DNA of 64,000 nt from Trichoplax adhaerens (Eukaryota > Animalia > Placozoa). The stretch covers positions 4,856,008 through 4,920,007 of the forward strand of contig NW_002060943.1 in NCBI RefSeq assembly GCF_000150275.1. Direction: 5' to 3'. Under the pieces are notes generated by a model. It was given only the letters and a program-made list of their open reading frames with translations, was not told where the DNA came from and ran no database searches. Both the position numbers and the translations under genes were made by a program. This document shows positions 14,143 to 27,023 of this stretch, in pieces (within the stretch, counting starts at the first letter, position 1; each line of letters opens with the position of its first letter).

Positions 14143-17100
14143 ATGAGTCAGTATAGTAGGACCAGTATGGGATTACGTTCAATGATCAGGAACAAAGAAT
14201 CGATTCCGCAACCATCACCGCCGTTAACACATAACTCTTCCTCTGAAAATGAAAGCGACAGTGACTATGGTACATTTATCGATTTCGAGCAATATAAAGA
14301 TTATTATTGATGTTATTGATAAAAATGGTAAGGTAACGCTAATATTATCTACTAATTTTATAAATCAATGATTGAAAAATGTGGACAGAACCGGGCATGA
14401 GAGTTGGTAAAGAATACCAGGCTGTTATACCTGATGTTATCACCGGTATGTCATATTGATCGAAAACTTAATAATAAAAGGTCATATTGCTAAAATATCA
14501 ATACCATCCGATGGAACTGATCTAAATCTATCAATATATCATATTAAGTCGTTTATTTCTCGCCTTTGTACGACAGATATTGCTTTACTTCATTTATACA
14601 CTACTTCATATCTCGATGATCGGCCATTATACATCAGGCGTACGTTTGCTGTGTTGCACGTTGTGTACAGTACTATGTCCGCTACGAGCTTACTGTCTTC
14701 TAGTCAAATGTCAAAGCGTGCAGTACAGTCGGCTAAAATACACTGCACTCTTGGCCTGTACTAGACAGTGTACTCTTCGACACGGTTACGCTTTACCGTA
14801 TTTTCTGTTAGAGATGCATTATTTAATTTTAGTCCTTGCGTCCAAATGTCTGTATCAATGGAAACCAATCCAATAAGTAATACCATGACTGTTTGCCTTT
14901 ATTCATGGCGTCGTTTTTGATGCATGCAAGATGATCCTGCAATGTTTTTCCAGGCTTTCATTTGTCGGAAGTACATTCTAGATAAAAAAATTTCCTTCGT
15001 TACTTCAACCTCAATTAAGGCGATAAACATCATCCTTTAAAATGAATGATTGTAAACGTCAATTTCATATCTTATTAGCCAATAAATGGAGAATAAAAAG
15101 AATGTACTCTACTGTAAAGTATCGTAGTACTCAGATAAGAATACTTGTAGGTACGAATAGAATAAGATGGGACTTTTTTTAAGCTTTCGTCTACTCTACC
15201 GTGTAGTAACTGTATTGGATCCGCAAACAGTTTGGCACAATTGAAATTTGTGCCGTGTTTGAGTAGACACAGCAGATATAGTAGTGTATGAATTCATAGA
15301 CGGTAATGTCGCTGTCGTAAGTAATTGCATCGCCGACAAGAGAGTGATACTTTCGAATAATATTCAGTCCTCACGATAGGTCACTAGCGGTTGCCTAATT
15401 AATTTCGTTTTTTTACTTAAATGTACTCTGATGCCAAATATTGCTGAAATGCAATTTTTATTTATGATACGAAATAATCAGTACTTTAATTCATACTCAC
15501 AATTTGCAATTTCTATTTTCAATACAAATATCAACCTTGACATTAATTGCTACTTGGGAAATAAGCATCATGGTTGATGCTTATTTGGTATTGATAGCAA
15601 ACAATAACTACATAATTGTGTCATTTACCAAGTTATAATGGCAAGAAAATCTGTCCCGATTAAAACTGCTCTTTTGCTTACATCTCTTACGTCTCATTTT
15701 TGAGGTTAACTTTGTTTTAAAGCTTAATACCGGGTAAAGCAGACTACATGTACAATTTTTATAGTTTTTTCAATTAAGTAAACGCGTTAAATGATACCGT
15801 CAACACGATAGATTATGTAGTATATTAAATTATTAAAAACGCTCGATTGTATAATATACAGTAGATGATCCATACGCGTACCAATCTAATATTTTTGTTG
15901 TTGAGTTGAACTAGTCGGTTAGTACCGGCAAGGGATTTACGTGTGCGTAATCATGTGCTATCTCGTACCGTATAGCATAATACCTTCGTGGCGATTTGAT
16001 ATGATATACGCGAATATAGATTATGAACAATTTCTTCAAATGATTTAATTTTAGATATTTTACATCTTGGTACACTGCAGAAATTTTCATTAAGAATTAT
16101 TCTATACATACCCATACGCCTACGTATATTCATTATTTTTTAAAATTATTATATTACTATGTACTAATTAAGAGTAGACCCATTCGTGCCGTATTACTGT
16201 ATACAAGTATGGTTTTAATCGCTACATAGATGCGAAATAAAATATTACTCTACTATAACTAAGAAATGTTATCGAATCACTTACTAATGAACAGTGTGAT
16301 AATACTTATCGCTAAGAAAAAAACTAAGAATTGTAGACAATCCATTAATAAAACGTAATGCACGTGTAGTATACTGTAAGTGCGATAGCAAATGATTCAG
16401 TTTTTAAATATGGGTACCCGCCTATCGTTTTGTAATTATTCACATACGAATTATTACATATTTTGTCTAATAGGTGGTAAAGCAACACAGGATCGAGCGA
16501 CAACTAAAATTGCAGAAGAAACTAGAATTTGGGCCCCTGAAGTATCTATGTCCGATGCCAAAAGTCAGCGTGAAAATTATTATAATAAATTCTGAAACAT
16601 TTCTGCATTAATATTTCTAATAGCACAAAATAGTTATTAAAGTAATCTGTGTAGATATCACATCAATAAGCAACATGCAATATATGCTTTATTTTTTCTC
16701 ATGATATAGTTGATGAATTCATACACTATGCAAAAACAAATTTTGGATATTCCTTAGAACAAGTAAGTCCATAATTCATAATTCTTCATAAGGATATAGG
16801 AATAATTCTTCTATTGTACTTCATTTATTACTAATATAAAATTGTGTAAAATATGTATTTATATGTACATTATGTTTAAATACCATAAACGTATTGTTTA
16901 TGAATGCCGCGGTCCGTTTATCAAACGGTGGTGCTACATAATACGAGTATACATAATTGTATACGTTATTGTACTAATTTCTCTGACAAAGTTGTAGCAT
17001 AACTTTCACATCTTAATATGCAGCTACTATAGTAAAATTTAAATCATATCTTTATAAGTATATAGTAGAAAATTTGAATTTGTTATCAAGATTTGTATTG

Positions 17101-19221
17101 TAACTTTGAATTAATGTTTGTTTAGGCATTAGGTATGCTCTACTGGCATGAATATGACATAGAAAAGTCAAAGGAGGATTTGGCCAATTTTGCCCCTTAC
17201 CCAAGTAATGCACATAATTATTTATACATCTTTTAGGGCAATGTAATCAAGTTTTCATGATAATTATTGCTCATGAAGTAATCACCTATACAGAAAATTT
17301 TATTAGTTATGGTCAATATTTCGCTAATTGACTTACTTTCAAGTTGATACATCACGCATTTCTGGTTCTTTTTTTAATTTTTAATTACATAGATGAATGG
17401 AGTATGGAAGATGAAGTACTATTTGAGCAAGCATTTGATTTTCACGGCAAACATTTTCATCAGATAAAAGCGATGGTAAGAAATGCCTATTATTTGCTCA
17501 ATTATTAGATCTGATTTGAAATGAGCGCAATCTTGTTTCATGCCCGAAATTTGATATTTTCTTACATTAGTTACCTGATAAATCCGTTGGTAGCCTAGTT
17601 CGCTATTACTATTCGTGGAAGAAAAGGAAGAGTAGACTTAGCTTGCTAGATCGACAAGCAAGAAAACCCGCTGTTCCAAAAGATGCTACTTCGTGGTTAG
17701 TAATTTGTTTATATATCTATTCATATATCGATACGTTTTTAAGAAATTAAATAAACCGAACATTTTAATCAGTGAAAATTCGGCAGAAGAAAGTAGTGAT
17801 TCTGATTTTGAACCTTCCAAGGGAAGAAGTAACGGAGTAAGATTGCAAATACGCACTTCCGTATGACCACATTTCTGATTGTTGGTCAGTGTTATACCAG
17901 ACTTCTAGTATGACTTTTAATTGTTCTTATTTGATACAGATTTCTAGTGATAGCAGAGTTTGCTCCAATTGTGGATCGTGTGTAACTCATCTACACTCGA
18001 CACCAAAAGGCTCCATTTGTAATGCATGTTATCAGTACTGGAGGTGACACAAATTTTCTTGGTTTTTAATCTATTTTTCGGCGAAAATATATTAACGTTA
18101 TAGTAACTAAAAAATATGTGATATTCGTAGACGTACTGGAATGATGAGAAGCAACGTCAGGATACAAACCCGTACTGAGAATGAAAAAGGAAAATTGAAA
18201 AAACATAAAAGACGTCCTCCTAAGGTATGCAATTAAAATACTATTTTTTCGATACAGTCAATAAAATTTTGCTGTCTACTATCACTAGGGTATGAGAATA
18301 ACTAGAGAAGCCCTTATGGTAATAGTGAAAGGGAATCACGAAAATGATTCTAGAATATTTGAGAACGAAATTATAAAATTAAAAAGTCAGGTCCAGCGTA
18401 ACAAACAAGTACTGTCTGAACTTGATGAAGTATCTGTCAAAGATATTGAACGATATAGACTGCCAGAGGTCAATTTTGTGTATTTAATTATTATCATATA
18501 TATTATTGTCAATAGTACTAAGCTTTCTTCTAATAATAATAGAGTGGAGTTAGAAGTAACGCTCGATGGACCACTGAGGAGCTTAACATCGCTGTTGAAG
18601 GTAGATGTAACTTATAGCTATACGACTATATTGTCGCAACAAGTATTTATAACATAAGGAATGAATGCAGTTTAATGTCAAGATTACTTTGTTATATATT
18701 AGCTGTAAGAAGATATGGCAAAGATTACCATGCTATTGCTGAAGTTGTCGGCAACAAGACTGTTAATCAGTGTAGGAATTTTTTTGTAAATTATCGACGA
18801 CGTTTCAATCTCTTGCAAATTTTAGAAGAATTCGAAGCAACTCATGGAGTAAGACAAATCTGAAATATGAATATTTAGAATTGATCATATTGTTGAATTA
18901 CTGTATTATTGGCAATCTTTTTTTCAGAAAAAAGGAAGATCTGAATGGAAAGAAAACGGAACTGATGACGTATGTTATAGTAACGTAATTTATAGTTGAA
19001 AACACTGTACTTTAATGTATTTTGGTCCCATTAATCTATAGGATTTATCGAGATCTCCGACTAAACGCCGAAAATCAAGTCAAGATGATACCGATAAAGA
19101 CGATGTATCTGAGCTAATGCATGATAAGAGCGGTAATGGTTCTAATAATTCTGCTAGTTATTCTCCTGATGGTCAGCGAAGATCTGCCATGTCATCCTTG
19201 ATTAGAAATGGGGCTAGTTGA
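14143..19221 (+). CDS. RCOR1: REST corepressor (CoREST; ELM2-SANT1-linker-SANT2), multi-exon
   Basis: ELM2 ([14 protein letters not shown]; [48 protein letters not shown]). SANT1 ([45 protein letters not shown]). Linker KRRPPKGM. SANT2 ([43 protein letters not shown]). Start ATG is tentative; stop TGA at 19219-19221. Likely pro-orthologue of RCOR1/2/3. Confidence 0.93.
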
Positions 19222-21390
19222 ATGTATTAGATGGCATTATAATTGTAAAAATATAGACTGAAAAGCATTGATCATTGCGCTGTATTGTTGCCCATCTTTC
19301 TTTTTTATTTGTATTACTTCTGACTGTAAAATATTCATGCGAGAAGAGTGCATCGAAGCATGCCGGAATACATTTTAAATACAGGCCGACAGCCAACACA
19401 ATATATTCATATGCTTCATACAAACCAACAAAATGCAGTTCTACCCAAAATACTTATAAGATTCATCTAGGTTAAACATCTAGTTGTACAAGAAGTTGTA
19501 GATAGGCCGTAATGCCGTTATCTAGATTTATATAGCTTGATTTTTTACGTTAGACAAATACTTGTTGAGCACCTGCAATATCTTACATTTTGGAATAGCT
19601 TCTAATTTATTAGTAAGTTCTCGATTAACGATTAACAATCGGTTAGAATATTAATTGATTAAGACTGTACTAACAATTTTATACATTTTTGCTTATTGGA
19701 TCTATAAGAATTAACACGAAAATATTACTGTTATACCTACTGTACTGTACTTGACAACAGTTGATGATGCATCGTTTCGATTAACGCTACTGGAGCTCTG
19801 TGTTACGAAAAGCAATTAGTCTGACGATTTGCTTCGTAAAGGACAAGAGCTTAACATTTTAATTTGCTTCTAAAAAGCAACGGAAATGGTTTAATTTTAC
19901 AGTAGCTATTAAGGCACAGCTTTGTATTATCAACGGTAATTTTGATACTGCAGGAACATTAACTTTAACTCATAATCTATCAGAAATTTGTTCGTATGTA
20001 TGAAATTGGTTGTTAAGCGCGCTTTCTGATAGCATTAGCATCTGAGATACCAGACTAACTTTGTAAACAGACACCGTTAATATTTAAGTAATTAATTATA
20101 TTATGGACGTTACTAAGTTTTTTATAGGTACTAATAAAAGATTTCGGTACATTAACCGTATAGGCTGTTCCAACTGTTCTTTTTGCTGGTTGTAAAATAG
20201 CTAACTATTCCATTTTCAGGTATCTCGAACCTATCAAAAGTTTTTTGTAAGATGCAGTAGGGGGCATGTTATTGTCATATCTTATAACATTTCTGAGCAG
20301 CGATACAGTCAATTGTAAAATTAAAAGATATCGGGCAGATGACGTCTTAATTGTTGATCTTGTTAATGCATAATCTTACCTTGATTTCTAGTAATATTTG
20401 CAGTGACGGACTAATGTGATTTCGACAATTGGTACAGTATCTTATATACGAATATCGCACAACATTTGAAAGTTTTCTATATAATCACCTCACAAGATAT
20501 ACTGTAGAGCGTTGTTACGTAAACGCTTGAAAGAGAAAATTTTTAATATCTAGAGCTTCATTAAACTTAAAGCTTAAAAAATATAACACATTATACCGTA
20601 TTCAAATTTAAGAGTCTCAGTATTGCGATAGGACATTACCACACTCGTTCGACGCTTCAATATTTAATTTCTACAACATATAAATTAATTCATATGTAAT
20701 AGTAAGATCCGGTACTAGGTGAACACTGAAGAAAAGCAGTGTGATCCTTTTTCGGTAAGAGAAAGCTAGCTGAATTATAAGCATGTAAATAATAATATAT
20801 ATATCTCTATACTATTAAGTGTCATGGTGTAGCCTTAAACAGATTAAGAATTATAAATTTCAGAATTGCTCATTCAGAGAAACTTTATTGGAAATTGTGA
20901 TGAATGACTCGTATACTTGACCAATTTCCGCATGGTATTCTCTTTACCGCTATATAAATTGAATGCTGATCATTATTGGTAATTCATCATATCCTAGATA
21001 ACCATTGTATTATTTTCGTTGTAAACTACAACAGCTAACGTAATTGAGACGAATTCCATTGCACTGATGTACCTAAAGCTTGATAAATTTAAAACGAAAA
21101 ATTCTAGCCACAGAATAATAAAAATAATTTAAACATAAACTACACAATAAGACTGAAATTTCCAGCATTCACTTCTTTTTGTTATATTTTAATTCTGATT
21201 TTTCATTTATTAAGTACAATAACGAAAAATATTTAGATCAACAATGAATTGATATATAACTAGCGTATCGCGCCAGTCATTTTGCGATATAACAATTACG
21301 CTATTTTCTAATAAAACACGGTTTATGGAGGGAGAATTATATATTTCGTTAATCGGATACAATTCACCATAGTTTTCATTAATCACGATT

Positions 21391-24300
21391 TCAGAAAAAT
21401 CCAAAGATGGGATTGGCATACGCCATCGGCTTAACGTTCGGATGAGGCTGAAATAATAATGTTACCTTACTAACCGGTAGAATGAACTTAATCGGCATTC
21501 TAAAAGCTTTGCATGACAAACAGCTAAAATGACTCGGCTTGACTTACCACAGCTTCGTAAGAGGTATACTTGGGCTTAAGATTGGAGGTTAATGTTATGT
21601 ATGCTCCCTTATTGCCCATCTGGTCGCTATTAAGATAACATCAGGTTCAGTATCTTAATATTATATCAAATTTATAAGCGCAAGGACAAAACGTAATTCT
21701 TTACCAATAATTAGGAGCTGAAAATACTGTTATACACTGGCCATCATGAGCTATCTCATACCCATCGTTCTTGACCTCATGGCTTCTAATTATCATGTCT
21801 AATAGGGAAACACCTGAGTCTTAAAGATTGATAACGGTCAATGATTGGACTAATACGCATTACCCAAATTATTTCTTTCGCAAAAGTTTTTCGTAATGTC
21901 GGGTCCAAACTGAATGCCTACGCCTCTTTTACTTGGCGATCGACCAGGCTACAAACCAGTAGAAATAATTCAACATTTAATATTTCTCAATCAATGTAAG
22001 GTAAAATAAAGATATTCACCTGCGGCTGAGGATCAGACCAAAGTAATTCACACATAATACCTTAGTAATTAATAGTATGAGTTATTTCAAATCATTAAAA
22101 TAACCGATTGCAACACAAAAGATCAATAGGGTGAGCCTAATACATACCAGATTCTGGAGGTTCCCTTTTACGATCAACCTTTCGAATATCATTCAAGGTT
22201 ACATCATCATCACTAAAAAGTCCACCATGCATGCACTTTGTAAAAAAACATAAATAGAAAATTGTCTTTAAAGTAAGCAAAATTTACAATATCGAATATA
22301 TAACATCGCTCATATTTTGCGCACCATCTAAATATTGTACAGTGCATATCTAAATCAAGAAAATTTTCTAACCAAAATCTTATTGTTTATACAATGTGCC
22401 AAAGGCAAGTAGTTGAAAATTTCTGTAAATAGTTCACACATATTTGCTGAATATTTTTCCTTGACCTCTCCTTCAAAACCGTACATTTTATTCATCGTAG
22501 GGCTTTCATGATTACCTATTAAATAATGTATTCATAAGAGAATTTCCCAATATTACCCATGTCAGTATATAAACTGCAGGAGCACTCATTTAGTGTTAAA
22601 TATCATCGCTACACAGTATAATACGACCGCCGTAAATAGTCTTACCTCTTGATAAATGAACATGATTTGGATATAGCACTTTAAAGCCAAATAACGTAAA
22701 AACAACCTCAACGCAGAAAGATCCGCGGTCGACAAAGTCACCGTTAAACAGCTAGCAGGTAAGATTAGAAATTAGTGTATCGACTCTTCAGTTTAGTCAA
22801 TATTTTTGATGTGAACATTATACATGCCATAGACTATAGACGCTCGAACACGATATATATTCCTTACATAAGGGTTATCTTCAGATGGGAATCCGTTCAG
22901 ATTAAAAATATTTAATAAATCGTAAAATTGGCCATGAACATCACCGCAAACGGTTAATTTGCCATTCTATTAATAAATAATTCAGCAATCGCTTTGACTA
23001 TTTGCCTACAAGTAGTAACATTGATTCTTTTACGAGATATCCAAACCAGTCTTACCGATGGTATTGTTACATCTACCAAAGTAGGCAGACTTAAAAGTAT
23101 TTCTTTAATCTTAAGTAGTATAATATATGCAAACTTCTTATGTAATTTCTTTTGATTTCTAAAAGTTTCTACAAGTTCTTTCATAAATTCAAGGGTAACA
23201 TTGCCTTGAAAAGATGGCCCATCATAACCAGGTTCAATTTCTACAGTTTAATCCAAGTAATAGATAAATAAATATGATACATCGCACTTCAAGAACAACT
23301 TACTGAATGATAGTATTCAAATACTGTGGCTAAATTACATTGCTAAAGATTCAGTAAATACGTATAACGTTAACAAATGTTCACTCCGTATCTGTCCAAC
23401 TGTTCTTGCTCATCATCAGTTGGTCATATCTGAGTGATTGAATGATATTCACTTTAGGGAACTTAGTGATAGCAAACAGACAATTTCTGCAGCTATGTAA
23501 GTTATTCCCAAATTTGTTATTTTCATATAATACAAACTATAACCAAATGCACTAGACGACGATGATAGACATAATAATCTTGCAATAAGTTGTAACCTAT
23601 ATTAGTGATACTTCTGTATAGCTACTTTGCAATCATAATAATGTATCTTATACCAATATTCTCTCAATTTTGCACTGGACTGCAACGTTTATGACAATAA
23701 TGACGATTATTGGCTAACAATAATCTATAATATACCCATGCACTCGATATCTATCGACTCTGATGTCAAAACTTTGCTAGAATCTTGTACAGCAATAGCT
23801 TTTTCGAATGCCCGTCGTCGAACAATTTTGTTACATTCATTATACTTCTGCCTAGCATCTTTATCATTGGGTCTCGATTTGGTAACCTACGAGAAAATAA
23901 TTTGTGTTATGAATAGCATTAAAGCTGCTGTCAGTATACTTATTCTAGCCAATTTTAAAATTGGATACCTTTGATTTTTAAGTAACTTATAGTATAATAA
24001 TATCAAGTTAATTATTTTAAAAATTTGTAAGGAATTCTCGACTAACAAATTCGTAATCCTTCAGAGCCATTTTAAAATTGCCAAGAGCCATGTTGGCTGA
24101 GGCTCTTCTGTAATACCCCTACCCGAGCGCAAACAATACAAATTAGGGAAAACAGATTTGCCAATTATGCTGGAAAGATCCAACAGCTTTAGAGCCATAA
24201 TTTAACATTCAATATCATCTTTTAGTGGAATATTGGTTACTGATTTATTTACCTTGATGAAAGTTCTATCTAGCTCAATACATTTCGAGGCATCTGCTAA

Positions 24301-25875
24301 GGCATAACCAAAGCATTCGGTCTTGATAAAACTGAAGCTAATCAAAAAATTTTAATTTTCTTTACTCTACGTTGAGATATTGGCAATTTATCTATACATT
24401 GAAATGAATGAACTACAACGGGAAATTAGGCGATACTTTTCTACACTCAGTAAATCTATCATCTATTGATTAGGTAAGGATTAAAGTCATCAGCATAACT
24501 CAGATATAGCATCGAGAGTGAGGTAAGAATATATAATACGCGTATATCAATGCATTCTCGAATCAAAAGTTAGCCGTATCTTGTTCCATTTACCTTCTGT
24601 TGCTCCAGTAAGCTGGTACCGTTGGATTTAATTCAATGGCTTTGGTATAAAGTCGGATAGCATCTTCGTAATATTGCTCTTAGAAAAAGAAATTTTTATA
24701 ACCATTAGTTTTAAGAATTGTATGAAACTGTAGGAATGGACTACTGTCGACGACAGTCTATTGACTCAGAATAACGTCGAGAATATTGCAATGTTCACGA
24801 TGAATTTTTCCGGTTGTATTTCTATAGAAATCAATGCATGGCTTAGAAGACGGCAGCACAAGCCAACCTCTACAAGCATTATGATATTCATTGACTAGTT
24901 CGTTTCAAAGCTATCGAGGTTGATTATGACTCCTTTTAATGTAGAAATTTAACACTTGTATACTCAACGTTATGCTAGTCAGGTGAAAAGTCGTCAAGGT
25001 TAATATTCGATCACGTAGAAATAATGGCATTCAAGCTGGTTAGCTGAAAAGTCACAAAAGTGAAATATTATGACTATTACTGACCAACTAATCATAAAAT
25101 ATCGTATCTAGATTACGCTAGTCGGTACTGTAGCAATGAACTCTCTCATCTACAAGAGATCATCGGTGGATTTCTACCATTGACTACAGTTGTAATCGAC
25201 ACTACAGTAATAGTTTTACAGTAGACAAAGTTCCAAAGCATTTCTGTTCAAAAAGGTAAATGGATCTATTCATGGCAGTCTATTAATCGCCATTCCAATA
25301 ACGAATGGTTATCAGCAAAGAATGTTAATAGCAAGTTTCAACGATGCAACGTGTCTTGTCTGTGGTGACTACAGTACTACTAACTCAAAAGATCATCCTT
25401 GCATGGCCTAGTACTTTACTATTCTTACTGTCCACATTGACTGGTGATGTAAAGAAAGTGAATGATTGTTTACATTATAGCGTAGCGAAAAGAGAATATC
25501 GTGAGGAGAAGATTGGTATAGCAATGAAATTGAATCAACCAACTCGCCATGTCTGCTTGAAATAGGCCGCACGCACTAGTACTCCTACAACACGCGACTA
25601 TCATCAAGACATAACACTGAGGGAAAACTAGTAGACACTTGTCATGATTGATAGAGTAAGTAGCCGCCGAAAACGAATATAATCCGATCAGGACATCCAT
25701 CTTCTATCATGTTGTCAATTGAATAGAAAGATTGGAGCAATTAAATTCATTGAAATGTCTAACTTTTAAAATTTTCATTAGCTTGGGTCTTGAATTCTTC
25801 AGCTTTGAACTTGTCATCATCAGTGACCGCAATTTGAGGAACGCTTGATTGACTTTCACTCTGTACGTCGCCCAT
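21391..25875 (-). CDS. PPP5C: Serine/threonine protein phosphatase 5 (TPR + PPP catalytic domain), multi-exon
   Basis: N-terminal TPRs ([13 protein letters not shown]; [19 protein letters not shown]; [14 protein letters not shown]). PPP motifs [59 protein letters not shown]-terminus [18 protein letters not shown]. Confidence 0.97.
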
Positions 25876-27023
25876 TGCGGACGTCACTAGCTCGTTGGAG
25901 TCAGCTTGTGGGAATGAAATGAAACCACGATTGAGTTGTGGTGCGCGTCAACTGTACACTAGTGAGTGTACAGTAGGTTGAGTTCTACGTCAGTACCGTC
26001 ACTACAGTATCGTCAGTTCTATCGGCAGTGACAGGTGATACTAAAGTAGTACAGTAGTATTACTTTAGCACGTCACGGCTGCTGTTACTTTGCCTTGCTG
26101 TGCCAGCAGTACCAGTACAGTGCTGTATATGACCAACCACGCGTACAATGGACAGTGTACCGTCAATGTCGATTATACGCCTGCGTGTGCATGTGGTTGA
26201 CACAGCCACTGCCTGCGAAGTCTACAGTGTACAGTACACGACAGACTCTCTAGGGTCTCTACTGTACTGTACACTGTACGAAAGGCCAGACTGGTTAGTC
26301 TAGTTACAATGTCAAAAAGTTTATGAAGATGACTGTACTGCAGTATTGTATGAGTCATTGTACAGCACAGCAGGTCCTTGAAAATTTACTACTGTTCATT
26401 TGACTGAACAAGGAAAATGTAGTTGAATTGTATGCCACCAAGCGTCCGATACTGTAGCATATTGACGACAATGAGTTGGCCAAAATGGTGTATCGGAAAG
26501 AACCATCAATAGTGACATCAATTTTGCTCGTGTTCCTATGAAGTAAAACAAATTGCTTTTTCTTCTACCTCTATCATTGCAATGTACTGAATCATAGACT
26601 ACTAGAAGAAGAGTCGTATGATCAAAATGATTCATTATAAATTCATTATCTGCTTACTTGAATATCATGACTACGTTAAAACATACAGTACACGACAATA
26701 GTAAGCGTTAAAAGCGCCAGTTTGGGCTTCCCCACACCCAATATTTGCCCAATTTGCCTAAGCCCAATATTCGCTTTTAACAGACTGACGGACAGTGGAC
26801 AATGTTGAACATAACTACTAGCTCAACCTTGACTAGTCCTGGGAATTAATGATCCAAGACTTGGAATATTACTTCAGCAAGTAGACATTAACGATATTGG
26901 AAAGGGTTGCAAAAGCTAGGAAAGAGTGATAATACTAGGCCAAAATCTTCAACACGTTATCCTGTTGTACAGTAATGTTGGATTGTAACTGAAATAATAA
27001 AAAAAAATCATTGTAAATCAACA
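25876..27023. promoter_or_regulatory. Putative bidirectional promoter region between divergent PP5 and B3GAT3-like genes
   Basis: The two ATGs are head-to-head, 1.15 kb apart. The region has CAGTA-type palindromes and three clustered CCAAT motifs (~26737-26770). Confidence 0.55.
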
